Positions 14,914-28,700 of a stretch of DNA of 64,000 nucleotides are shown here, one piece after another. Below the pieces are notes generated by a model. That model was not told the origin of the DNA. It saw nothing but the letters and a program-made list of their open reading frames with translations, and made no database searches. Source of the DNA: the human T2T-CHM13v2.0 reference genome, Homo sapiens; the NCBI RefSeq assembly GCF_009914755.1, contig NC_060933.1; one strand, given 5' to 3'. The first letter of the stretch is position 1, and every line of letters starts with the position of its first letter. Both the position numbers and the translations under genes were made by a program.

Positions 14914-16399
14914 CCGTAACTAGTAGGATAGTATATCTTACTAGAGAATATAAATATTATAATAAATAAATCTCAAGTCCCTAAGACACAGTCTTAAATA
15001 TTAAATGTCACCTTTTTTAAGCACTGGATATGCTTTTTTTCGTAGTCAGTGGATGGAAAACACACACAAACAAATACACACACATAAGCCTTTCAAGCAC
15101 TGTTGCAACCTCCATTTTCTTTTCTATGTCATCCTTAAGAGCTTTACATAGAAGGAAAAGACAGAGGAATAAGTAGGTGTTGGAAAGACAGGAGGCAATA
15201 GAAAGGAAAAATACATGTAAAATGAAAAAAAAATCCCTATCCTTTCTCTGTGTTTGGACATGACATAACACTCCAGTCAAATAAAAGAGGCATCCTGCTG
15301 GAGCCAATGAAGTTTTATTGCCATAGACATGAACATCATAAAATTTTCCAAAAGCTAAAACACAAAGTTTTGTTCCCTAGCTATCATAATCACAGTAAAC
15401 AAATTCAACACATAGTACACAAAAGGTTTTTCATTTAGCTGTTTCTATAGTAAGAAGAAATATAATTGTGTAATCTTAAAATTAAAATTATTTTTACAGA
15501 CTCATTAGGCTTCGTTGGTCAAGAACAGCACAGGAGCCTTGAACATTTAGAATGTGAACCTGAGTACAACCCATAAGACCTTCCAGCCAGTAACCATTTC
15601 ATATTGTTTCTCATCAATACCATGGAGACATTACCAGAGCAGGCACTCTAAGGAGAAGCCAGGCAACTGAGAAGATACATTCAGGGAACACGAGATACCA
15701 CCAAATACACTGAGAGATTAACTTATTAAAAGATATAACCTTATAATCTCACTGTTGGAAAGACAGAAAAAAACTACCAATTGCTGTTTGAATCCTCTCA
15801 ACACACAATGACCAAGAAGTCTTCCAGTCTGTTCCTGGACTCTGTCATCCCCATGTCACCCTCATGGTAGAACTAACACAATACCGTTTCTCAGAGTGTC
15901 TGCTTACACACTGCTGAGTTCTGTAGGAACTCAGATGTATGGATACTGTTGTTAATGCCTACCAATTTTAAGAGCCTAAGACCATGAGGGTGGAAATCAA
16001 TGTATTCTCTTGGAAGAGGTCCCTCTTGTTTTCTGTTTGACTATATTCTGGTCTGGAAGCATAAACACAAGTATATTGATGGCAGGCTAACTTGGAACAA
16101 CCTCTTCAATTCCACCTTGTTGCTTTCAATGGCCCCTTGCAATTCTCCTTGATACATCCAAGGTGGAGTAAGGGTAACACAGCAACGCAAGACTAAGGAC
16201 ATACACAGTGTTTGGTAAACAGAAATTCACTCCTTCTTCTACTCTTCTCACCTTCCACCAACCTGTCCCTCAACGATGGAATACAGGGTAGGCACCAATG
16301 TTGTCATGACTCTACTCATTTCACTTTAAATTAGGTAAGTCAGTCTCATAATTTTAGATGTTACCTAGAAATAGGTGGTCCCAAAAATGGCATCAGTCT

Positions 16400-17180
16400 A
16401 GACTTCTCATCTGATCTCCAGATTCACTATTTGAATGTCTAAAAGGCTCCTCAAACTTAACAAGTCCAAAATCAACCGATCTGCTTCCCTCCCTAAATCT
16501 CCCATGATCATCCCTATCTCAGTTAAAGATAACCCCCCTCCTTCCAGGTGCATGAACCAAACCTTAAAGTTACCTCTGACACTTCTGTCTCTATACCTCA
16601 TATGCAATTCAGGTCTACCTATGTTTAGATAGCCAGAATCCAACCAGCTATCCCAACTTCTACCACTGGATATTAAGTAGAAAGACCAGACAGAAGGCTA
16701 CGGCAGTGCCCTCAATTCTAAGAGGTTTGGTCTTCCAACTTCCACTCCTTGTTCCCCTTCAATCTATTCTCCACATAGCATTTAGGGATTCTATTAAAAC
16801 ATAAGTCAGACCCTATCAGTCCTCTACTCAAAAGCATCCTTTCAGTGGCCTCCAAGGTCCTAAACAATCTAGCCCCCATTTCTCCATCACAGTCTCTTCT
16901 CTTCTTCCTCTTCACTCCACTCCATCCACCTTGGACTCCTTGATGTTTCTAGAACACACTTGGCCAACACTCCTGCCTTGAGGCCTTTGCACTTGCTATT
17001 CTCTCTGCCTGGAACTTTCCTCCCCCAGGTATCTGCATTATTTATTATCTTCCCCCTCCAGAGTGTAAGCTCCAGAAGGATGGGAGTCAGGGGTCTGATC
17101 TGTTCCCTGCTGGATCCCCAGTGCTTAGAAGAGAGACTGGCATGAAATAGTTGCTTAATAAATAGTCAAATGAGTGAAAT
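16400..17180 (+). mobile_element. L2 3' region
   Basis: gaatgtctaaaaggctcctcaaacttaacaagtccaaaa...aggcctttgcacttgctattctctctgcctggaac...cccagtgcttagaa...taataaata. Confidence 0.85.
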
Positions 17181-19509
17181 AGAGATAGTTGTTAGAGGCC
17201 TTGCTGTTTTGCACCTGAAAGTCACATTTGGAGACCAAGAGAACATGCACACCTATAATTAGATGAACAATTCAGTATTAAAATGTAAGCCAAATATTTA
17301 AAGATCTAAAATATCTATAAGTGAAATAATTATGTTAATAACCTTAGAATTTTTCCATATGAAGACAATTTTATTTCCTTTCCTCTTTTAAATTTCATAT
17401 CATACCTATCTGAGTGAAAATGAAGGCAGAAACAAAACAAAGTGATTTAGAGATGGTCAGTAGGATGTTTTTTAGAAATGCATGGATTCTGTACTTAAGA
17501 ATTTGAAATTATCCCCCATTGGAGACACCTTCAATTAAGCCTATTCTAATCTTGGCTAAGTGAGAATCCAACTTCATAATTTCACTCCCAGGCACAGCTG
17601 TTTGACAAGTGCAGCAGGAGCCTGTCAAGACACTTGGCAGCATCATTCCTTTGGAACACAATGGACTTTATTTTTCCTTTTTGGCAACCCCTATTACTCA
17701 CTGATGGCAATTAGCAAACCATCTTTGGAGGAAATGTATAATCAGGCAACTAAAAATGCCTTTTATGAAATTCCTCCTTGAAAATAAATCATTGACACTG
17801 CAAATGGTCAATATGTACTCTTAATTTTAAACTAAATTGCCCATTGATTTACCAAGATCTATTTTCCTGACTCTGTGGTCTAGTGACATTCATTTTTTCC
17901 GAAGTTCTGAATTCTTGAAAAGTGATAGTGACACAGTTGTTTGTTTTGATTTACTATCTCAATAGAGTAAGCAGTTGGAGTGATTTCTCCCTTATTCAGA
18001 TTATACAGCTCTGTTCTTGACTGATTCCACCATAAAGCCTCATTCTATGGGCACAGCACAAAACCAGAGTCACAATCTAAATCTGGCCTTTCCAGGACAC
18101 ACAATAGAACACGATCGGGGTGACCCAAGCTGTAAGAAGTTAGAGTCCTCACCAGCAGTGGGTCAATTCACTAGGCTGCTGGGGGAAATACTTGCTACAG
18201 GGAGGGACAACTAGAGATAATTACAATAAACTCAATCCATGCCTCAAGAACCTGAATACTTCCCACCTCAATTTACGATGCAGTTTGGAGCTTTCAGAAA
18301 CAAACGGCACCTGTCCCATTGTCACACCTTTATAACAACTTGTATCCCAGTACACCTTCCACCAACACCTTAGACAAGTTTCGACAAGCACTGCTGAATC
18401 ACTTGAGATGGGCCAAAAGGTCAGGGCCCTGAAACTTTGTCAGCGTGATTATCTAAAGCCACTGGAAAGCACTCCATGTGTTTCAGAGAACAGGTAGACT
18501 TTTCATTACACAAAAGCAGCTTTGTTTCTGTATACGTGACGCCTCCTAATTAGAATCAATGATTTTTTTTTATTGTCGCTCCTGATAAGCTTGTTTGCCT
18601 AGCTTCATTTTCCTAAAACACTTTAAACGTTTCTAAGAAGGGCGAATGCCGGTAGAACACTGAGACAGGCCTTGACCCAGGGCTGTGGTATTGCATGATG
18701 TTTACAATTTGTCATCCTTGGGGGTAATTTTGCAAGCTTAAACACACTAAAGGACATATTATAAAGAGCCAGGCAATTTCATTTTGTTTGAATATATTTA
18801 TGGAAATGGACCAAAAGTGTCCATAGAGGCACATTGTCATTTTTTCCTTGAGTGTGTGCCAGTTCATGACCAAAAGCAAGCATTCAGAGAATAGAAGAGC
18901 ATTTATGACCACATTGTGTGTATCAAATAAGCTACTTTATGAACAGATGGGGAATATTGTGTTTCAGGGTCTTAGTAAAATAGCCCTTCACACCAAATTT
19001 CTGTGCACAATGGTAGAACTCTCAGTGATTCATCTATAACCTTGCCCTTGATAATGAGCAGATCTCCCTTAAGGGTAAGTGCCTGTGGGACATGAAGACA
19101 TCACACACACTCATGGCTTAGAAAGATGACGAGCAGCGGGGAATTGTGCCCCAAGAACATGTAATTTGGACAAGGTGGGAAAAACTGAGTAATCCACTTG
19201 AGATAGGGAGCATTTTCCCAGCAGTGGTGATTGTATGGCAATGGAATCCTTGGAGAGTCAATAAGAAAAAAAATGGTTGGGCTGGGAAAGATTTAATAAG
19301 TTGAAAAGCAAGTTATAGGAGCCAGCACTGGAAAGAAAAAAAATAAATGGTCTTTAAAGCTCTTTGATGAGACCAGGTCGCCACTCATGGAAAGCTCCAA
19401 GATCAAGATTGAAATGTGTTTTCTTTTCAAGGAGATATAGAAAACTGAGGTAAGTCAGAGAAGAAGCAGGGGGCACTTCTAGTTCCTTGTGGCAGATACT
19501 ATACTCTGT

Positions 19510-19830
19510 GTTCACCAATACTCGGTGTTTAAGTGTCCTCCTGGACACACAGGAAGACCACTCTTTTTCCAACTGCCCTTGCAGTTAGTTGAGGTCATGT
19601 GACTGAGTGCTGCCGAATGGGATAAGAGAAGTCAAGCCTGTCACTTCCATGCCTGGATCCTAAAACCTCTCCACAATCCTCAACAACATGTCTTTCACCC
19701 TAGACTCAGATTGCAGAGCCATTAGATTGAAGGATCCTGAGTCACTATACAATCATAAGGAGTTAGCCATATTAGAACAAAAACAAGAAATAAACTCTTA
19801 TCATAGCAAGCCACTGAGATTTGGGTTAAA
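19510..19830. mobile_element. Old MLT1 (I/J-like) LTR fragment
   Basis: cccttgcagttagttgaggtcatgtgactgag...aagaaataaactctta...aagccactgagatttggg. Confidence 0.65.
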
Positions 19831-21929
19831 TTATTTTAATGCATTGCAATAGTATTCACTTCTTATCATTTGCCTCTTTAAATATCATGTTACTGCCCAA
19901 GAGTATCTTTCATCTCATTCCTAAGCACAGTGATCTCAGAGACAATCCAGAGCAATGGAAAAATTAATTTGTTTTCAGATCAGAAGAACACAGGTTACCT
20001 AAAAAAAAAAAAAACATGGCTGGCATCATTTTCTGAGGAGCCAGAGACAACAAACTGTTCTTTTCTTTCCTATGAATTCACTCAAAACCATTTTATTTCT
20101 TTATTTTTAACATTTTATTATGGGAAATTTCAAATCTTCACACAGTGCAAATAACAGAATAATAAACCTCTACGTATCCATCATCTAGCTTCAAGTGTGT
20201 GTGTGTGTGCATGCATGTGTGCACATTTGAGGTCTACAGTATGTTAATCGTTGAGCCACGTGCTATGGTTAGGACTCAAAGGTGAATAATTAATGATCTT
20301 TGAATATGTAGTAGGAAGAAGAGAGTCTGAATCTCAAATCCCAGAAATTACTTAGCTCTGAGGGTGATAGTGAGAATTAAAGTAATATAGTAGCTCAGAA
20401 TTTCTGTAACATAGTCACTTTCTTTCACCTCCATTTCTCTGAAAGAGTTTTTGGTCTAAGGAAGAGGTTTAATACTTTCTTTCTCGTTAAAATGTAGATA
20501 CCCTTGGGAGAGCCAGCACACTGAATCTTTTCTCAGCTGTTCACCATTATATATATGAATTTCTCTTTCCCACAGTTCTTTCCCAAAAGCAAGCCTCAAT
20601 TCGATGGAGAGCAAAAATAAGGAGCAAGGCATGGGGCCTGTGAAGCAGCATGGAAACTCTGAGGGAAGAAGGTAGTAGGGGTCACCACAAATGAGATGAA
20701 AGACAGATTTCTATTTCAGAATTTTGTTTAAGGCTGAGTCCTCCATTTTCGCTTCATTACAACTGTTCTCCCAACCCCAAATCCATTCTCTTGGCTAATA
20801 AATCACCATTTGCTTTTCTGGGCAATTTTCATACTAGCCACTGGGACGAGGGATGTGGAAAGAGAGTGACAAAAAAGAGTCAGCAGTGACAATATATCTC
20901 ACCAAAAACACAAGCAACAGGCCCAATACCCAGGCCCCTATTTAAAAATGAAACCACTTTCAAACAAACATTCTAAAACACAGAAAAGATAACTGTCTGG
21001 TGAGAGAAGCCTGAGAATCTGCCTCATAAATTTTAAAAGCAAGGATCCAGGACCAATCAGATGCCCTCTCTAGAACATTCTGAATGCCTGAGTCCACTGA
21101 CCTGGGCCTTCAGCTGTGCTCTCCGGTCAACAGACAAATGACTCTACAACCTTGGGTGGCTCAAACCCCAGGGGAGGGCTCGTGCTGCCAGAGAAAGAAG
21201 CTCAAGTAACAAAAGGCAAGTCTTCCTTTCATGCTGCCTTCCCCGGTCTAGAGAGACATGGGGTTCTATGGTGTTCAGGACTGAGTCACTGGGAATGGGT
21301 GCCATTTTGATGGGAATTGATTTAATTTGTTCTCCTCTAAACAGCTCAAGCATTTCACTCTGTTCTGTATTAATTTAGTCTGAGCAGAAAAAAAAAATGT
21401 CAAAGTAAATCTCAGCAGTGAAGGAAAAAAATCTTGAAAAGGCTGACAAGCTCAGCATAATGAGCACCAGTCCAAACCTTTGTTTAACAGTACAATACTT
21501 CACTCTCTTTACAGATTATAAAAGGAAATATTTAACTAATGGAAAGCTACTCATACACAGGATAATGTATGCAGCCTCTGTCCACATCTTAATCATTCTA
21601 CATAACTGATCAAATAACTTTGGTCTCTAGTCTTCCCCAGATTTTTAATTGTTTTCTTTAAAGTCTGCAACAGAAAATGCTTTCATGCTAGTCTACATTT
21701 ACGTGTTTCCCTAGCTGATCACTTGGCATAAGATAAATGTGTGTTTCATATGATAGCTGCCAAGAGATATGTTTTAATGAGGAATTAAACTATAAACTTT
21801 AAGAGATAATGGAGAAGACCTGGGGAAGTCAAAGTTTCATTTCACATCCACTGAAACACAGTGCTTGCTACCTCAGTGATGCTACCCTCCTAAGATATTT
21901 TTTATTGACTAGATTTGCATTTATATTAA

Positions 21930-22410
21930 CTAGGTTTCCAATTCCTAAACATGATCCCTATTTGGTAGTGTAAGTCCTTCATGACTTCCTCCAGCCTCAC
22001 TTCCACTCCTACCTAGTCTTGGACCATCAAACTACTTGAGAATTGTTTCTTCCTCTGTGCTCTTTCATACTCCTGTGCTATTTCATATGGTGCTGTGCAG
22101 GTTTAAATGGCCTCCTTTACTTTCTCTGTAAGAATTACTGTCTTCTTTCAGGATACAGTTACCTCCTCTAACAAGCCTGCCCAAACTCTACAGGCATACT
22201 TGAGAGCTTCTTCCCCTAGTTTTCCCATTAAAAGTTTGCATAGCTGTATATCACAGCCCTTGTTTTACTGTTTACACAACTGTCACCCCAATAGATTGTG
22301 AGCTCCCAAAGGGAATGTCTCATTTATTTCTGTATCCCCCGGGTAAGGTATGGTACATGGCTTGCACTCAGTGATCAAACGAATGAATCAACACACAATG
22401 AGTGAACACA
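21930..22410 (+). mobile_element. L2 fragment
   Basis: tagattgtgagctccc...tttctgtatcccc...tggtacatggcttgcactcagtg...gaatgaat. Confidence 0.65.
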
Positions 22411-24724
22411 TCAGTACACATACTATTTGGGTAAGGTAATTATATACCCTAATTATTTCCAGGACAATCCTGATTTAGACTGACATTCCAGTGAGACAAA
22501 CTCACTTTCACTCTCAAAAGTGTCCTAATTTGAAAAATAAAGTATATGCTCACCCTAATTGTAGAGCATTAGGGTATATATTTACCCAAGCATATTGCTC
22601 CTGCCTGCCCAGAAACTGGTTATATCATGTTCCAATTTCTCAACAACTTTTTAAACTAATCATTTAAAAAATTATTCAAAATTCTCCTTCTAACAGATTA
22701 ACCATTCTCCCTACTCAAGCTCAGAACCTGTGGCCCAAGAAAAGGAAAATAAATACTGTGCCGTGAAATAAAAACACACAGGTTTCATTCCACTTTCTCA
22801 CCAAACCCCTATCTATGCCAACCTCCTATATGAGCGATGACACCTATTAGACAGATTGGTCTCCCCTCTGGATGAAGGACACATGGCTTCCCAGAGTTAA
22901 AGCAGACGTAAAATCAAGCCTTCCCTACTCAGGCTCTGGGCTAGCCAACCACAGATCCACTGTCCAGGGTTACAACAAGCATTGTCTTATTGATGGCTTA
23001 GAAGCCCTGACTCAGCAATTACAGTAGAAACTAATAAATCTACCTGGAAAAAAAAATAAACATCTCTTTCCCAAATCATTCTACTCAGAACTTGAAGAAA
23101 ACATTTCTGAAAGATCAAAGAGAATCAGACGACCGCTTCTTTTTGGAAAAATAAATGTGTTTGGTCTTTCACTCTACACATTCAAATTCTATCTGAACCC
23201 TAAAATGACAACACGACCACTCAAAGAAAAGGTAATCAAGAAATATTCCAAAGGTCACAAAGGGTGTTTCTAATATATTGCCAAACAAATTTTCCACACT
23301 GGTGCAGTCTGAAAGAACTGAGAAAAACACATTTTAGAATCTATATACAAACAAATCTCCAAAGGTTCGACATACATTCCCTTAATCAGATCATTTATGA
23401 AAAGATGTACATAATTCTTTCTAATTTTAAAGACATTATTTCAAGGCATGAAATTAGAGAAAAAACACAAAACAAATATGAACTAAAAGGAACATTAACC
23501 ATCATGTAGTTAATGATTTTGTTTAATGAGGATAAAGCCTCAAATATTTAACCTCTTAGGGTTGCTCTCATTATCTATTGTTTTTCATTCATCCTAGAAT
23601 CACAGGGCAAAGAAACATAAACCACGATTAGCTTTGAAATGTTTGCCCAAATCTGCTACGAATTTATTTTAAGGACAAAGTTCATGAAAGGTCAGTTCCC
23701 CAGGTAAACTGAATTAAATGCCTTCTAAAGGGAAACCAAATTAAACCTTTACCAAATGGCAGGTTTCTAAACTGTGTTTTGGGATATGAAATCCTATTTG
23801 ACAGATGCCTTATAGACTGTGGTCAATGCCCCATCTAATGAGGATTTCTGTGGTTTCACTTTTACCTATACTAAGGGATTTGTAATTTATGGTGACATAT
23901 ATGTGTCTACACTATGTTGAACATGTGCTTACACAGATACATATGTTTGTATCTCTTACGTAAAATCGCTGGGAAAGAAATCTTAAGATTTGGTTTTATT
24001 TTTTAAATCATGGAGTTTGCTTTTAATATCTGACAGACCCATGCCTTGTGGGATATGACTTGGAAGCTACACTCACTCTGATCTTTACCAGATGTTCACT
24101 GGTGGTGTTTCAATCTCAAGAGACAAAGAGGATATTAATGTTAATTTTATTTATTTAATCACATCAGGCAGATTTGATAAAAGAGAAAATTCAATATTTT
24201 GGTAATTTACCAACTCTTCAGAAATGTCCATAGTAGCAAAAGTGTTTTGAAGATCATTTTCTATTAAAAGCTGAAAGTCTGCATTGTGTTTGGAAGAGAG
24301 AACACTCTATCTTACCTTTAAAAATGGGAACAGGGTGACAAATTTGTCAGTTCCACTGCCAAATCAAGGAGGCAAGGAGGTGGCAACAATGTATACATGG
24401 TTCAGCACAAGACTCCTCCCAAACTTCGACTAATAATTGTGAAGAAAGAGACTCTGAATGTGAAATGGACACTCAGTTGAAAGCCTTCTGCCACTACCAA
24501 TCATTCTAATATCTTATCTCGTCTCTGAATTTTATTACAAGAGAACATTAAACTACCCTAATCATTGTCAGGACATTGATAATAATGTAGAGATTACTGT
24601 CAGGCCATTGAGAATAAGTAGAGATGTACTCTACTAAACACTACATCCCTGCATCTTAACAGAAGTAACAGGGTAGGCTTTTATTTATCTAGCACTAATG
24701 TTAGAACTGGAAAACTTTTATAAT

Positions 24725-24863
24725 ACTGTTCTCAACCTTGACTGCTCATTAGAATCACCTTGGAAGCTGCATCCCAGGCCAATTACATCACAAATTTTGA
24801 AGATGGGACCCAGGTACGGGTACTTCGGATGATTCCAGTGTCAGCCAGGGTTAAGAACTACAG
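24725..24863. mobile_element. MER5-family hAT MITE
   Basis: ttctcaaccttgactgctcattagaatcacct...gatgattccagtgtcagccagggttaagaactac. Confidence 0.75.
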
Positions 24864-24989
24864 CCTCAGAAGTTCTAAGTATGGAACAGCTAAATAACAG
24901 TCGTGGAAAGATCAATTTCTCTAGGCTTTGTTCTCATCTAAAAAAATGATATGGGTGGAAAGAAATTGGAGTGTGATAGTAATTGGCTT

Positions 24990-25790
24990 TCATTTATTTT
25001 TAGATAAAATATATCCTTATAGTTATGAAATATTTCAAATAGGCAGTAAAGTATACCAAATACTATAACAGACACCTATGACACCTATATTACCACCATT
25101 AGGTGGTAATATCTGTTTCAGTTCTCTCTCTGGAAAAAAAGAGAAAGTAAAACCCTCACATCCCATCTCTTTTATTTCTTTCCTTTTGAGATGTAACCAC
25201 TATCCTAAAATTACTAGTTACCCTGCCCCCATGATTTTATTTATCTACATAAATCTAAATAAATATCACATAATTATTTATCTACCAGAACTATATAATA
25301 TTGCCCGGTTTGTGTTTAAATATACATAAATTGTATTAATACTATATATACCCTTTTGCACATATTTTTTTCACTCAACAGTGTTTTTTGAAATGTATCC
25401 ATGTTAATAGATATATATGTAATATATATATGCGTATTTTAATTTTAAACTCCTTTATAGTATTTCATTAGGAATAAGCCACGGTTTATTGACTTATCTA
25501 TGGACAGTTACGTTATTTATACTTTTTTGAAAAACAAAAGCAATAAACATCTTTTCTCATGTCTCCTTGCCACCATATACAAAAGCTTCTCTAGGGTAGG
25601 CACCTAGACACAGTTTTATTGGATAGACTCATCTTCAACCTTACTAGGTATTACCACATTGATCTCCAAAGTGGTTACACCAATTTAGTCTCTCCAACAA
25701 CGTTAAAGGGTATCCACTTCTCCATACCCTTATTGATACTTGGTATTATGATAATTTATTCATTATTGCCAATATGAGGATTATGAAGTG
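24990..25790 (-). mobile_element. Old L1ME-type fragment
   Basis: ttttcactcaaca...tatccatgtt...atagtatttcatt...ctccaaagtggttacaccaattt...ttgccaat. Confidence 0.75.
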
Positions 25791-28700
25791 GGGATTAAGA
25801 ATTATGCTTACATGATATTTTCCTAAGGTCCCTCTGGTCATAGACCACATCAACACTGAGTCTTATCAGAATAAAAGCGAATGTGAAAAAGGCCTTCCAC
25901 AGCTTACAATAAATTTACATTTCCTCAAGACATGTCTTATGAGGCCAAAGCTGGCTTGTGTACCCATACATCAGGCCACAAAAGAGGAATGGGGACATGG
26001 TCCCAGCTCTGTATTTATTTTCTTGAAATCATAATCCAATGTTACTTAAAAAGCACCACTGCCCAATATTCAAGCCAAAGAAAATACTCTGGATTTTGCC
26101 AGGCAAAATGCCTGTGGAGAAATGAGTCAATTCATACAAAATTCAAAACTGGTCTTTGGTCAGTGACATTTTCATGAAAATCCATGGGTGGGTAAAAGTT
26201 TTGAACAATTCCTTTTTGCCATTGGATAAAATTCATCCAGGAAAAATAAACAAAATTTAAGCGGAGGCCCACGTTCCCCCAATTCCCTTACCAGCACTCC
26301 CCAACCTGCTAGCACAACTGCTTTCAGTCGTACGTGAAGGCAAGTCATCAGTGTTTCTGATCCTAGCAACAGAACCCTGGGTCCCTCTACTCACTCTGCC
26401 CCAGATAGGCAGACAGCCTTTCTCATGAGAAGCACCAACAGACAGAGCATGCCCAAGCTCATTCAGAACACACTTACTGGGCACCGTTACCCAACCATTG
26501 CACAGTCTTCAACTTGATGGTAAAAAGATCTACAGTACAAACGTTCTCAGGGTGCACTCTGTTGGAACCATTCACTATGGATATTGTTAGGGATGATTAG
26601 TGTACATCTATTGTTTGGGTTTATACTTCATGTTGTCCTTTTAGGAACATGAAACAGGGGTTTGGGAAAGGGACAAATTCAGAGACTCCATGACTTGTTC
26701 TGACCTGTGACCTTACCATCTCAGAAAAACTTAATAGAATTCAACAGTTATAGCTGATAATGCTCAAATATTTTGATAATTCTGAGATTTACCAAGGTTG
26801 CAGTTGGTCTAAGCTCAGAAGGTCAAAATAAAGAGATTCAGCACCTAGAAAGTACTATAGTTAATAGATAGCAGTGAATGGAGTCGGGTATTTTAAAATG
26901 TAATATTGGCATATCCCGGTTTCTGACTAGCTGAGGTCTGCCTGTCTGTCTACAGAGGCCTTTACTTCTCAAGCCCTTTGCCACTGGGTGGGAATGTCTC
27001 TGCAATCGAGGCCAGGCCTGGAAAGAGAGCAGCTGGTTGGGCTTTCCACAGAAGCAATAAGAAAGAGATCTACACAAGGGTGGAGTTGTCGGGGTAAAAG
27101 GAAAAGAACCCATTCTCTTCTTCCAGTAAGTTAACCAAATAATAAATTCACAGCCCTCCCCCAGTTCTGCCACCCAGAATCCTGAATGATGTGAATCCCA
27201 GGGTTCTGATAAGTCCAGGGAGTTATGGTCAGAGATTCTGAGAATGCGTTCTCTCATGCATGACATGAAATTTGGCATGAGGGAGGATACCAGTGGCAGC
27301 CACTTACTGTAAGCAAGCCGTCACTGAGTAGCCCTCTCACACACCCCTATTTTACCATAACTTCCAGAAGCTCTTTGTGTTGCTTGTAGTCATGGCCACC
27401 AAACACAATGTGGTCATCATTTCTTTCTTGGGTCAATAAGCTAAGCAAGTGAAAATGACTAACTCTATCATACACAGAAAATAGCAGTTAAACATATATA
27501 AAACTAAAAAATGGCCCGGCTCTTATCATTTAGACTGCTCCTAGCCCTGCAGTGTATGACACAGCCACAAAAACCAAAGGTCACTTCGCATTTCCAAAAG
27601 AAGAATGTGGCCATTTTACTTGTCAAGGATCGTGAGCTTTCAGTCAACTACCATCAGATTTGAAGTCAGTGGGATATGAAACATTTTAATTGTAACAGTT
27701 GTATGTGTGTGGACTCCAAGACTATAAATATGTGTTTTGCAAAAGGCAGAAAAATACATTTTTTTCCAGGTGCATATCTACTTTAAAAACCAGGTATTCT
27801 ATCTGTGGATTACAACTTAAGAGGACTGCTAAACTTTCACAGCAAAATTAATTGCTGCCAGTTGGCTATCACCCTACAAATCAAGCAGATGACAATGTAG
27901 CAACCTAACAGTTTTCAGAAGACACAATGCCCATAATATGTATGTTTTAGAAGAAAATGAAGGCTTCCTGCTAAAAATATATAGCCCCAGAACTAGAATT
28001 GCAGCATTAATCAGCTCCTAAGAAACCCTGTTTATTATGTGCACTATTACATGTGTAAATAAATGCTTTGTGGTCCTAGATTCGATACACTGTTAAATCA
28101 TCAATCTGAATTTTATAAAGATTCCACCTAGAAGTGGGGAGTGGGCAGATCAGAGGAAGAGAAATCATCTCCCATACCCATTCTGAACAATACAATGAGA
28201 AGCTATGCATAAGCCTGCGAACATTAACCTATCAGCTTATTCTTTCACTGAAGTATTTATATTTTTGATATTTATCGTGCACTTCAGCAAAAATCAACTT
28301 TAAAAAGTTATATGTCTTTGCAAAGCCTGGCAACAGTAGAAAAATGGGGAAATCCTATTGCACAAAAATTAATTTTGCAATGCAAAAAATATTTTTCTGG
28401 ATAATTCGAGCCTTTATGTTTATTTCAGTAAAGCCAAATCCAGTGAACTATTTTCAGCCAGGATTAGTCAGAACTAAAAGGTTGGACTGTTTTCCTTCAG
28501 AGGCTGAATGTCTTTCCTGCCTGCAATAGGCCGGTGTGTTCCAGAGTAAATTGAATTGCCTTCAATTGCTTGTTTCTTTGTGGCATTTTTAATGCAGAAC
28601 CCTAGTGACAGAGTAAGGTTTTGCTGTCTGGAAAGTAATTATTCTTTTCACTCATATAACCTGGCATTCTCGCAATGTATCAGCTTCAGGTTTTCCTTGA

